Assembly (NCBI GenBank): GCA_035438225.1
Contig: DAORHY010000002.1
Span: forward strand, 1 to 40,186
Source: Bacteroidia bacterium
GTDB taxonomy: Bacteria > Bacteroidota > Bacteroidia > AKYH767-A > 2013-40CM-41-45
Length of the DNA stretch: 40,186 nucleotides
Direction: 5' to 3'
The notes below the pieces were generated by a model, which saw only the letters and a program-made list of their open reading frames with translations, was not told where the DNA came from and made no database searches. Each line of letters begins with the position of its first letter. Within the stretch, counting starts at the first letter, position 1. The position numbers and the translations under genes were made by a program. Shown here in pieces: positions 28,127 to 36,656 of the stretch.

Positions 28127-28807
28127 ATGAATCGCTTCCTCCGTATTTTCCTGTTTTTAACAGCATTCCTTCCGTTCAGTCAACTGAGCGGTCAGGAAGC
28201 GCCTGAATACAAGAAGAATGCGCTGGCTCTTGACCTTACCCAATACGGAATCAATGAAATAAATCTGAATTACGAACACTTTTTCAGCATCAGGCGCAGC
28301 ATTGAATTCACCGCCAGTTTAGTATATGTCAACGATCCACTGGCTGAATTCGGACGCAGTTTTACGAATTCCCATTATTTTGAAGAACACGGTTTCGGTG
28401 CCCGAATTGCTTATAAACTTTACAAGCCTCAGGTCGAAGATTCCAGGTGGAGGGATTACATCGCTCCCGGACTCATTTACAAATACCTTTACTACAATAA
28501 CCAGTGGTTCGAAAACGAAACCACGAATGCCAAAGGCGATAAATATACGGAAGCAATTTACCAGCATCGTTTTCGTCACAAATTCGGACTGGAATTTGTT
28601 TGGGGAAAAGTTTACGACATGAATAAATCTTTCGCCTTTGAACTTTACTATGGTGTTGGATTGCGCGGTACCCTTTCTTCACGCACAGATATTCAGAAAC
28701 AGGATACCGTTGGTGTTTCAAAAATCTACGATGTAAATTTTCAGGACGACAACTTTTATATTCGACCGACGCTACGTGGAGGTGTTAAGTTCCGGTTCTC
28801 CTTTTAA
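28127..28807 (+). CDS. Hypothetical outer-membrane beta-barrel-like protein (226 aa)
   Basis: It has a signal peptide (MNRFLRIFLFLTAFLPFSQLSGQ). The sequence is rich in alternating aromatic and polar residues and ends ...GGVKFRFSF, the aromatic terminus typical of OMPs. Confidence 0.6.
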   Translation: MNRFLRIFLFLTAFLPFSQLSGQEAPEYKKNALALDLTQYGINEINLNYEHFFSIRRSIEFTASLVYVNDPLAEFGRSFTNSHYFEEHGFGARIAYKLYKPQVEDSRWRDYIAPGLIYKYLYYNNQWFENETTNAKGDKYTEAIYQHRFRHKFGLEFVWGKVYDMNKSFAFELYYGVGLRGTLSSRTDIQKQDTVGVSKIYDVNFQDDNFYIRPTLRGGVKFRFSF

Positions 28808-28889
28808 GTTTGTACTTTTATTTTAATGCGGTGTCGCTGGCACGGAAATTTCATTTTAGCCGTGTATTCAATTTTAAAAACCGTCTCTG

Positions 28890-29291
28890 ATGGAAACACC
28901 CGATATTCTACACATTGCAAGAAAATTATTAGCAGATTTAGCAGACGGTAAATCCGGCGCTGAACTTGCAAACTACTTCAGTCCGGCAGTTCGGCAAATT
29001 GAATACCCGAATATGCTCAATGTGCATGGCGGGATCAGCGATATCAAAACGATCATGGATCGCGCAGACAAAGGAAAACAAATTGTTGCCAGCCAGAGTT
29101 ATGATATCCAACGTGAATTCGTATCCGGAAATACAGTAATCTTTGAAGTGGTATGGAGAGGTGTTTTTACTTTACCGGTCGGAAAAACTCCCGCCGGCGA
29201 AGAAATAAAAGCCTTCTTCGCCCTGTTTATGGAATTCGAAAACGGGAAAATTGTTGTTCAACGGAATTATGATTGTTTCGCGGAATTTTGA
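28890..29291 (+). CDS. NTF2-like / SnoaL-like fold protein (133 aa)
   Basis: The size and pattern (GNTVIFEVVWRGVFTLP...FALFMEFENGKIVVQRNYDCF) are typical of the SnoaL/ester-cyclase-like NTF2 superfamily. Confidence 0.65.
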   Translation: METPDILHIARKLLADLADGKSGAELANYFSPAVRQIEYPNMLNVHGGISDIKTIMDRADKGKQIVASQSYDIQREFVSGNTVIFEVVWRGVFTLPVGKTPAGEEIKAFFALFMEFENGKIVVQRNYDCFAEF

Positions 29292-29438
29292 GAGTGAAGA
29301 GTGAATGGTGAAGAGTAGATAGCATTGATTTTAGCATTACAAATTACTATTACATATTACAATTCATTTCATCCCTGTCTGTCAGATGAAATCTTTTTAA
29401 TAACTATTTACTCTTCACCAATCACTATTCACTATTCA
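29292..29438. repeat. 147-bp heptamer-periodic element with imperfect ~28-bp inverted termini, filling the whole gap between convergent genes
   Basis: The left end is gagtgaa gagtgaa tggtgaa gagtaga. The right end is atttact cttcacc aatcact attcact attc, which is the reverse complement with about 4 mismatches. The interior also has 7-bp periodicity (gcattac aaattac tattaca tattaca). The right end abuts the polA stop codon. Confidence 0.55.
29365..29397 (+). terminator. Hairpin plus T-run inside the repeat element (candidate terminator for the NTF2-like gene)
   Basis: An 8-bp stem pairs atttcatc (29365-29372) with gatgaaat (29385-29392), followed by cttttt. Confidence 0.45.
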
Positions 29439-32288
29439 TCAATGTGCTTCGAGCCAGTTCTCGCCGGAGCCTACGCCCACTTCAACAGGGACGTTCAGCG
29501 TTAACGCATGTTTCATGTGATTCCCAACCAACTCTTTTAATTCATTGAGTTCCGATTTGTACGCATCAAAGACCAATTCATCATGCACCTGCAGCAGCAT
29601 TTTTGATTTCATGTTTCGCTTTTTCATTTCCTGGTGAATCCGGATCATTGCAATTTTAATCATGTCGGCAGCGCTGCCTTGTATCGGTGCATTGATGGCG
29701 TTACGTTCAGCGAAACCTCTTACTGTTGCATTCGCAGAATTGATGTCGCGTAAATAGCGGCGGCGCCCGAGAATTGTTTCTACAAATCCCTTCTTGCGGG
29801 CATTTTCAATACTCATATCCATGTATTCTTTAATGGCAGGATATTGCATGAAATAGTTATCGATAATTCCCTTTGCTTCTGTCCTCGAAATATTCAGGCG
29901 ATCGGCCAGTCCGAAAGCAGAAATACCGTAGATGATGCCGAAGTTCACCATCTTGGCGTTGCGGCGCATGTCACCGGTAACTTCATGGATCGGAACATTG
30001 TAAACTTTGGATGCGGTTGCAGCATGGATATCTTCCCCGCTGCGGAATGCTTCCAGCATACCGGGATCACCGCTCAATTCGGCGATGATGCGCAATTCGA
30101 TCTGTGAATAATCGGCAGAAAGTAAAGTGTACGCGCTGTTCCGCGGAATGAAGGCTTTACGAATTTCTCTTCCCCGCTCTGTCCGGATAGGAATATTCTG
30201 AAGATTGGGGTTGTCGGAACTCAACCGTCCGGTGACGGCGACCACCTGGTTATACGAAGTATGAATCCTTCCAGTCGCAGGATTGACAAGATCCGGCAAG
30301 ACATCCACATACGTATTTTTCAGCTTCACCAGCTCACGGTAATCCAGAATTCGGCGAACCATCGGATGTTTGTTTTCGAGTTTACTCAACACGTCTTCCG
30401 CTGTGGAATATTGTCCGGTCTTGGTTTTCGTGGGTTTCTCGACAATTTTCAATTCTTCAAAAAGCACTTCGCCAACCTGCTTTGGAGAAGAAACATTAAA
30501 TTTCTTCCCGGCCATGTCCTGAATTTCCTTTTCAATTTTATTGATGTCAGTTTCAAGGACCGAGGAAAAGTCCCGCAGCGCTTTGATGTCGATGTTTATT
30601 CCCTCCGCTTCCATGTCCGCAAGTACGGGCACCAATGGCATTTCAACTTCTTCAAACAATTTTGTAGTTCCGGTAGATTGTAATTTGGGAGCGAACACGG
30701 TGTACAACTGGTAGGTAACATCTGCATCTTCCGCGGCGTACTCGGCCACCTGTTCAACAGGGACATCACGCATGTTTTTTTGCTCTTTTCCTCTTTTACC
30801 GATAAGGCTCTCAATTGAAACCGGGGCATAATTCAAATACGTTTCCGCGAGTACGTCCATACTGTGGCGCATTTCGGGGCGAATGAGAAAATGGGCAATC
30901 ATCGTATCGAACAATACTCCCTTTAATTCCACACCGTAGCGTTTCAAAACCGACAAATCGTATTTCAGATTTTGTGCAATTTTCACAATTGACTCGTTGG
31001 CGAAAACAGTTTTGAATTCATCCACGATGGCCTGTGCTTCCAGGTGATTAACAGGAACAGGAACATAGTAGCCCTCGTGTGAAGCCCAGGAGAATGACAT
31101 CCCAACCAGTTCCGCTTTGTATGCATCCAGTCCTGTTGTTTCGGTATCAAAACAAATATTTTTCTGACCGATCAATTTGTTTACAAGCTCTTCCCGTTTC
31201 GCCTTAGTATCACAGAGATGATACACGTGTTGTACATCCGCGATGGTCTGATGAATCGCATCTTCCGGATGAGACGGCTCGGGCTCAGTGATCACTTCCG
31301 GTTCTGTATCAAACAAATTTCCCTGTGAAGTAGCAGCTGATTTCTTCTTTGGTATTTGCAAAGGTGCTGTTGTCGCTACGCCCGCCTTTGTTTCTTCGTG
31401 TACCGGATTACCGGTAAGCCCCATTTGTTCCGCAAGCCGGCGAAATTCCAGTTCGGTAAATAATTCCCTCAGTGCTTCACGGTTGGGTTCAACTGCTATA
31501 AGATCATCGGGCTTTTCCCTGACCGGCACATCGGTGATGATCGTAGCGAGACGCTTTGATTGAATCGCTTTATCCTTATTGTTCTCAACCTTTTCTTTTA
31601 ATTTTCCTTTCAGTTGATCCGTATTCTGCAGCAGGTTTTCGATAGATCCGAATTGCTTTACCAATTGCATCGCCGTCTTTTCGCCCACTCCAGGAATCCC
31701 GGGGATATTGTCAACGCTGTCGCCCATCAGACCCAGAATATCTTTCACCTGATCCACACGCTCAATTTCCCAGCGCTGACAAATCTCCGCCACACCCAGC
31801 ACTTCTGCGCCATTTCCGGCCCGCGCCGGTTTATAAATGAATGTGTGTTCATCCACCAGCTGTCCGTAATCTTTATCCGGTGTCATCATGTACGTATCGA
31901 ACCCCTCCTTTTCCGCTTGCATTGCCAACGTTCCAATTACGTCATCCGCCTCAAAACCATCCATTGCGATCACAGGAATGTTAAACGCTTCGCATAATTT
32001 TACAACAACAGGAATGGAGGCCGCCAGATCTTCAGGAATCTCCTGACGGTGTGCTTTGTATTCGGCAAATTCTTCGTGACGCGAGGTCGGGGCGGCCGTA
32101 TCAAAAACTACTGCGATGTGCGTGGGCTTTTCTTTCTTCAACACATCCAGCAGGGTATTGGTAAAACCAAAAATGGCCGATGTATTCTGGCCTTTACTGT
32201 TGATCCGGTGATTGTTGCTGAATGCGAAATAAGCGCGATAAATGAGCGCCATGGCATCGAGAAGAAATAATTTTTTAGGAGCTGGCAT
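29439..32288 (-). CDS. polA: DNA polymerase I
   Basis: The 949-aa protein has an N-terminal 5'-3' exonuclease (LLDAMALIYRAYFA), a 3'-5' exonuclease domain (CFDTETTGLD), and polymerase motifs (DYSQIELR, RRNAKMVNFGIIYG, QVHDELVF). Confidence 0.97.
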   Translation of the reverse strand: MPAPKKLFLLDAMALIYRAYFAFSNNHRINSKGQNTSAIFGFTNTLLDVLKKEKPTHIAVVFDTAAPTSRHEEFAEYKAHRQEIPEDLAASIPVVVKLCEAFNIPVIAMDGFEADDVIGTLAMQAEKEGFDTYMMTPDKDYGQLVDEHTFIYKPARAGNGAEVLGVAEICQRWEIERVDQVKDILGLMGDSVDNIPGIPGVGEKTAMQLVKQFGSIENLLQNTDQLKGKLKEKVENNKDKAIQSKRLATIITDVPVREKPDDLIAVEPNREALRELFTELEFRRLAEQMGLTGNPVHEETKAGVATTAPLQIPKKKSAATSQGNLFDTEPEVITEPEPSHPEDAIHQTIADVQHVYHLCDTKAKREELVNKLIGQKNICFDTETTGLDAYKAELVGMSFSWASHEGYYVPVPVNHLEAQAIVDEFKTVFANESIVKIAQNLKYDLSVLKRYGVELKGVLFDTMIAHFLIRPEMRHSMDVLAETYLNYAPVSIESLIGKRGKEQKNMRDVPVEQVAEYAAEDADVTYQLYTVFAPKLQSTGTTKLFEEVEMPLVPVLADMEAEGINIDIKALRDFSSVLETDINKIEKEIQDMAGKKFNVSSPKQVGEVLFEELKIVEKPTKTKTGQYSTAEDVLSKLENKHPMVRRILDYRELVKLKNTYVDVLPDLVNPATGRIHTSYNQVVAVTGRLSSDNPNLQNIPIRTERGREIRKAFIPRNSAYTLLSADYSQIELRIIAELSGDPGMLEAFRSGEDIHAATASKVYNVPIHEVTGDMRRNAKMVNFGIIYGISAFGLADRLNISRTEAKGIIDNYFMQYPAIKEYMDMSIENARKKGFVETILGRRRYLRDINSANATVRGFAERNAINAPIQGSAADMIKIAMIRIHQEMKKRNMKSKMLLQVHDELVFDAYKSELNELKELVGNHMKHALTLNVPVEVGVGSGENWLEAH

Positions 32289-32376
32289 AACCTTTAAATA
32301 GGCTATGAAGATAGTAAAATTGGAAACGTCAAAGGATGCAGGGGTGCTGAAAAAGGAATTGTTAAACGAGGTTTAT

Positions 32377-34863
32377 TTATTTCCCCCCATTCATCATCCC
32401 GCCATTCTGATCGGAATTATCGTCCTTCATGTCATCATTTTTAATGCCTTTCTTTTTCTTCTTCTGACTGAATTCCATTTTGCCAAAGCGGTAATCAAAG
32501 CTGATTCTGGCGCCGAGGAAGAATACTTTGTTATCACTGTCGTATGAAAATCCGTCTCCGGTATAATTGTTTTTAAAATGCATGTACCAGGTAGCAAAAT
32601 TATCAAGGCCGACCGCAATACCTCCTTTTTCATTTTTAAATTCCTTCCTTGCACTGAGATTGTAATACCAAAATGAAGTCGAGCTTCCCTGGACCGTGTA
32701 CTTGGGGCCATTGAAATTACCATACGCCTGTAACCCCCAGGTCTTGGAAAACTTATAGGAGCCGTACAAACTAACATTGTAGTTGATTCCGTCGTTCTGT
32801 AAATTCTGTGTCAGTCCGGTACTTTTCACCTTGTAGTAATAAATATTAAAATTACTACCCATGTAAATTTTCGACTTCCACATAACATTCAATCCGATGC
32901 TGGCTCCCGTGCTGTAATTCTTTCCAATGTTGTCATACGTGGAAACGTATACGTCATTCGTATCCACGAAACGGATGCCCTCAATCGCGTTGTTCGTGAA
33001 CCGGTGGTAGATGGAAGTAGTGATCGAACCGAATTTCCGGAAGGAGTTCCATCCGAATTCAAAAGACTGGCTTTTTTCTGCGCTAAGACCGGGATTCCCG
33101 TAAGAAATATTTTTGATATCGCTTTGATTCACGTAAGGATTCAGATACGTGAGGCCCGGTCGCTGAATGCGCTGGGTGTAACTGAACTTCAGCGTGTATT
33201 TCGTCGGACGCGTGTACGATACAGTTGCCGTAGGGATATAATTTTCGTATTCATTGCTCACCTTCGAAGACGTCTGGTCAAAATCACTGTCGAGTTTCGT
33301 GTGTTCATAGCGCAGTCCGCTTTTAAAACCCCACCGCTTTACAGTTGCGGATAGTTGCATGTAACCTGCATAAATGTGCTGATTGTAGTCAAAGACATTG
33401 CTCCGTGCATCATCCGTCAGAAAAGCATCTGCAACGTAGCTATAGATTTTGTAATTGTAATCACTCTTTACTTTGCGCAAAATATTCTTCCCGCCGGCTT
33501 CCAGGGTGAGTTCTTTGGTCAATGGATGAGTGTAATCCAGCTGCAGGGTAAATTCCCGGTTGCCGCTTTTGTTCAGGCTGTTTTCTTTGTATGGAAACAT
33601 CGGTAAACTGTCAATCATTCTGATGACCTCATATTCTGTATTCCGGTTGCTGTTTGTGAGTTGCCCGGAGAGGGTTAATTCCTGATCCGGTTTTTTAAAG
33701 GATTGTTTCAGATCGAGACTGGCATCGTAATTCAGGCCTTCCGTTTTTGTATCGTAATCGGAAGAAAATAATTTCTGGTAGGAATTTCCATTGAAAGAAA
33801 AATAATTATCTGTTATTCCCTTTGATGTATTCGCAAAATCATTCACACGGAGCGAACCGTTCACGTTGAACCTGCTTGTAAAATCGTAATCAAGAGTCAA
33901 CTGCCCGTAGGGACCAAAGCCGGTGTTTTTATTGTCCCCTTCCTGTCTTAAAGACGAATACGGTGTCGTCCGGGTTGCCAGCAGATCGCCTTTCCCTGTA
34001 TACCCAAAGCCGCCGAAGTTTAAACCGGTTCCCAGGCGGCCTGTGCGGTAACTCACATTTCCAAAAAGATTACTGGACCGTGTACCGGCTCCTGCATTCA
34101 CCATCCCGCTGAAGCCATGAATATTTTTCTTTTTTGTGATAATGTTGATGATTCCGCCCGTCCCTTCCGCATCGTACTTCGCGCTCGGGCTGGTGATCAC
34201 TTCCACTTTTTCGATTTCATCTGCCGGAATCATTTTCATTGCATCCGCCACACTTCCCGCCGTAAGGGAGGAAGGTTTGTTGTTGATCAGCACTTTTACA
34301 TTTTGTGTTCCCTGCAACATGACATTGCCGTCCAGGTCCACCTGTACCATTGGAACTTTTCTCAACACATCCGTTGCATTTCCGCCCTTCGAGGTAATGT
34401 CTTTTTCCGCATTGTAAACAAGTTTGTCAATTTTGGTTTCAATCAGCGACTTCTCTGCTTCGATTGTTGTTTCTTTCAATAAATTTACCGACGGAGCCAA
34501 ATGTACTTTCGAAATATTCAAAGCGCTTTTCTTCTCTGAAATACGCAGGGAGTCGATGTTTTTCGTTCCGTAACCGACGAACGTAATACTCAGGTGATAA
34601 ATTCCATTCCTGAGATTTTTCAATTTAAAATCCCCTTGCCCGTCAGTCAGCACGCCATCGATGGGTTTTTCGCTGCCCTGCTCATACAAGCCGACGCTGG
34701 CAAACTCAACCGGTTTTTTTGTCAGCGAATCGAGCACGGTACCGGTGATTTTTCCTTCAAATATTCGCTGGGGACCTGCACCAGAACCAATGCCCGGGAA
34801 CTGGGCAAAGAGTGAGCCACCGGTAATCACAAAAGCAAGAAGGATGTATAAAGAATGTCGCAT
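32377..34863 (-). CDS. Outer-membrane beta-barrel receptor (CarboxypepD_reg + TonB-dependent plug + OMP_b-brl_3-type barrel)
   Basis: It has a signal peptide and a CarboxypepD_reg-like N-terminus (GKITGTVLDSLTKKPVEFASVGLY...GIYHLSITFVGY). Plug motifs follow (DVLRKVPMVQVD, GGIINIITKK), then a long beta-strand-rich barrel. A Lys/Asp/Gly low-complexity tail follows the terminal ...FGKMEF. Confidence 0.85.
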   Translation of the reverse strand: MRHSLYILLAFVITGGSLFAQFPGIGSGAGPQRIFEGKITGTVLDSLTKKPVEFASVGLYEQGSEKPIDGVLTDGQGDFKLKNLRNGIYHLSITFVGYGTKNIDSLRISEKKSALNISKVHLAPSVNLLKETTIEAEKSLIETKIDKLVYNAEKDITSKGGNATDVLRKVPMVQVDLDGNVMLQGTQNVKVLINNKPSSLTAGSVADAMKMIPADEIEKVEVITSPSAKYDAEGTGGIINIITKKKNIHGFSGMVNAGAGTRSSNLFGNVSYRTGRLGTGLNFGGFGYTGKGDLLATRTTPYSSLRQEGDNKNTGFGPYGQLTLDYDFTSRFNVNGSLRVNDFANTSKGITDNYFSFNGNSYQKLFSSDYDTKTEGLNYDASLDLKQSFKKPDQELTLSGQLTNSNRNTEYEVIRMIDSLPMFPYKENSLNKSGNREFTLQLDYTHPLTKELTLEAGGKNILRKVKSDYNYKIYSYVADAFLTDDARSNVFDYNQHIYAGYMQLSATVKRWGFKSGLRYEHTKLDSDFDQTSSKVSNEYENYIPTATVSYTRPTKYTLKFSYTQRIQRPGLTYLNPYVNQSDIKNISYGNPGLSAEKSQSFEFGWNSFRKFGSITTSIYHRFTNNAIEGIRFVDTNDVYVSTYDNIGKNYSTGASIGLNVMWKSKIYMGSNFNIYYYKVKSTGLTQNLQNDGINYNVSLYGSYKFSKTWGLQAYGNFNGPKYTVQGSSTSFWYYNLSARKEFKNEKGGIAVGLDNFATWYMHFKNNYTGDGFSYDSDNKVFFLGARISFDYRFGKMEFSQKKKKKGIKNDDMKDDNSDQNGGMMNGGK

Positions 34864-35041
34864 AAAATATATTGGGAGAGCCTAAAGGTAAGGAGTGTGA
34901 AGTAAGGGAAAAAATAAATTCGCAGCTGGACAGACGTTCAATTTTCCGGTGTTTTACCGGTATTCTCGTGTTTCACCACCCGCAACCTGTCTCTTCCTGA
35001 AAAATTCTTACCGGTTTTTCAGGACAAGACACCGTTTTATA

Positions 35042-35248
35042 TTAAGGGCACTTCTAATAACCTATTCTGGGTGATGTGCTTTGATGTTTTTTTGCAAGAC
35101 GAGGCCTGAGGAAGGATGATACTGAAGCTAAGTATCAGACTGACGAACAACGAAGTATTGTAAAAAAAGATCAAGCACCGAAAGCTGATGATAGAAATTG
35201 TGACCTAAATTAACAGCACCCGGAAGAGGTTATTAGAGGTGCCCTTAA
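35042..35248. repeat. 207-bp imperfect palindrome with 22-bp terminal inverted repeats (a MITE-like element or a long structured RNA)
   Basis: Positions 35042-35063 (ttaagggcacttctaataacct) pair with 35227-35248 (aggttattagaggtgcccttaa) at 21 Watson-Crick pairs plus one T-G pair. Further inner helices are 35065-35073/35217-35225, 35076-35097/35158-35178 and the apical 35117-35123/35131-35137. Confidence 0.7.
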
Positions 35249-35688
35249 ATGTTTCGCGGATTAATTTGTCTGAAATTCCCCGGTAAAGCAAATGCCCTTC
35301 GGTCAATTCCTGCTGCATCAACAAGGTTGAACTTCTTCATTCTTTGAACGCCGATATACTGTGCCATCTGATCTTTACCTGCCGTAAGACAGGCGTTCAA
35401 AATTGCCTCCGCCTGCAGTTTCTGTTCGTCAGTACCCATCTCTGCAATCTTGTTTACTGCAGTACATCCCTCACGGCAAACTTCCTTGCGGCTTGATAAA
35501 CTATGAAGCCTTAACTCCGCTTTCCCGGGACTTTCACCATTGGGTTTCTTATTTGAAAGAACTATATTTACCAGTCGGGGGACACACAGTACATCTGCAT
35601 TAAGTAGGATTTCGTACTCCGTAGACGGTTTTATGATAGCAGAAAGTTTTTGCTCCGTATAAACAATACTGATAATAATTCCGCCCAT
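35245..35688 (-). CDS. Hypothetical protein, no family recognised (147 aa from ATG 35688; the ORF track extends to TTG 35727)
   Basis: It is a long ORF in an otherwise gene-free region, so it is not a shadow of another gene. It is divergent from mrr with about 56 bp between start codons. Its stop codon (35245-35247) lies inside the right arm of the palindrome. Confidence 0.5.
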   Translation of the reverse strand: MGGIIISIVYTEQKLSAIIKPSTEYEILLNADVLCVPRLVNIVLSNKKPNGESPGKAELRLHSLSSRKEVCREGCTAVNKIAEMGTDEQKLQAEAILNACLTAGKDQMAQYIGVQRMKKFNLVDAAGIDRRAFALPGNFRQINPRNI

Positions 35689-35744
35689 CGCATATCTGCA
35701 TAACGTTATTTGTAACCTTTGAAGCAAACAACAAAGAAAAAAAT

Positions 35745-36656
35745 ATGATTCCGGACTATCAATCCATAATGTTGCCTTTGCTTGAACACATTTCGGACGG
35801 CAAAGAGCATAAAATGCGTAAAATTACTGACGACCTTGCTATTAAGTTTGGTGTTACCGAAGAAGAACTAAAAGAAATGTTACCAAGCGGGGCAGCACCT
35901 GTATTTTACAATAGGACCGCTTGGGCAAAAACATATTTAAAAAAGGCAGGTTTAATCGATAGCCCAAAACAAGGAATTGTAATTATTTCAAAACGGGGGC
36001 TTGAAGTTTTAAGGAAAAAACCAAGTTCAATTAATGTGAAGTTTCTAAAACAATTTTCTGAATTCTTAGAGTTTCAATCCACCAAACGAGACAATGAAAA
36101 TGATTCAGAAACTACCGAAGAACAATCATTTCAAACACCTGAGGAGCTATTAGAAACAGCTTATCAAAAAATTAGAAAATCGCTAGCATCTGAACTCGTA
36201 AACAAAGTGGTTAACTTGTCGCCAGCATTTTTTGAAAAACTAGTTGTCGAACTTTTGGTGAAAATGGGTTACGGCGGTTCAATTAAAGATGCCGGGAAAG
36301 CAATGGGTAAAAGCGGTGACGAAGGAATTGACGGCACAATAAAAGAAGACAAACTTGGGCTTGATATTATTTATATCCAAGCTAAGCGTTGGAAACCAGG
36401 AAATGTTGTTGGCAGACCAGAACTTCAAAAATTTGTTGGTGCATTAGCTGGACAAGGTGCTAAAAAAGGCATTTTCATCACTACGTCAAATTTCACAAAG
36501 GAAGCAATCGAATATACACCACGAAACGAAACAAAAATTGTATTAATTGATGGAGATCAATTAGCTCAACTTATGATTGACTACAATCTTGGTTGCACTC
36601 CACAGCAGACATATGAAGTTAAAAAAATCGACAGCGACTATTTTGGAGAAGAATAA
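35745..36656 (+). CDS. mrr: Mrr-type restriction endonuclease (Mrr_N winged-helix + Mrr_cat nuclease)
   Basis: The N-terminus MIPDYQSIMLPLLEHISDGKEHKMRKITDDLAIKFGVTEEELKEMLPSG...FYNRTAWAKTYLKKAGLI is typical of Mrr_N. The C-terminal PD-(D/E)xK-like core is GDEGIDG...DIIYIQAKRW...GIFITTS. Confidence 0.85.
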   Translation: MIPDYQSIMLPLLEHISDGKEHKMRKITDDLAIKFGVTEEELKEMLPSGAAPVFYNRTAWAKTYLKKAGLIDSPKQGIVIISKRGLEVLRKKPSSINVKFLKQFSEFLEFQSTKRDNENDSETTEEQSFQTPEELLETAYQKIRKSLASELVNKVVNLSPAFFEKLVVELLVKMGYGGSIKDAGKAMGKSGDEGIDGTIKEDKLGLDIIYIQAKRWKPGNVVGRPELQKFVGALAGQGAKKGIFITTSNFTKEAIEYTPRNETKIVLIDGDQLAQLMIDYNLGCTPQQTYEVKKIDSDYFGEE

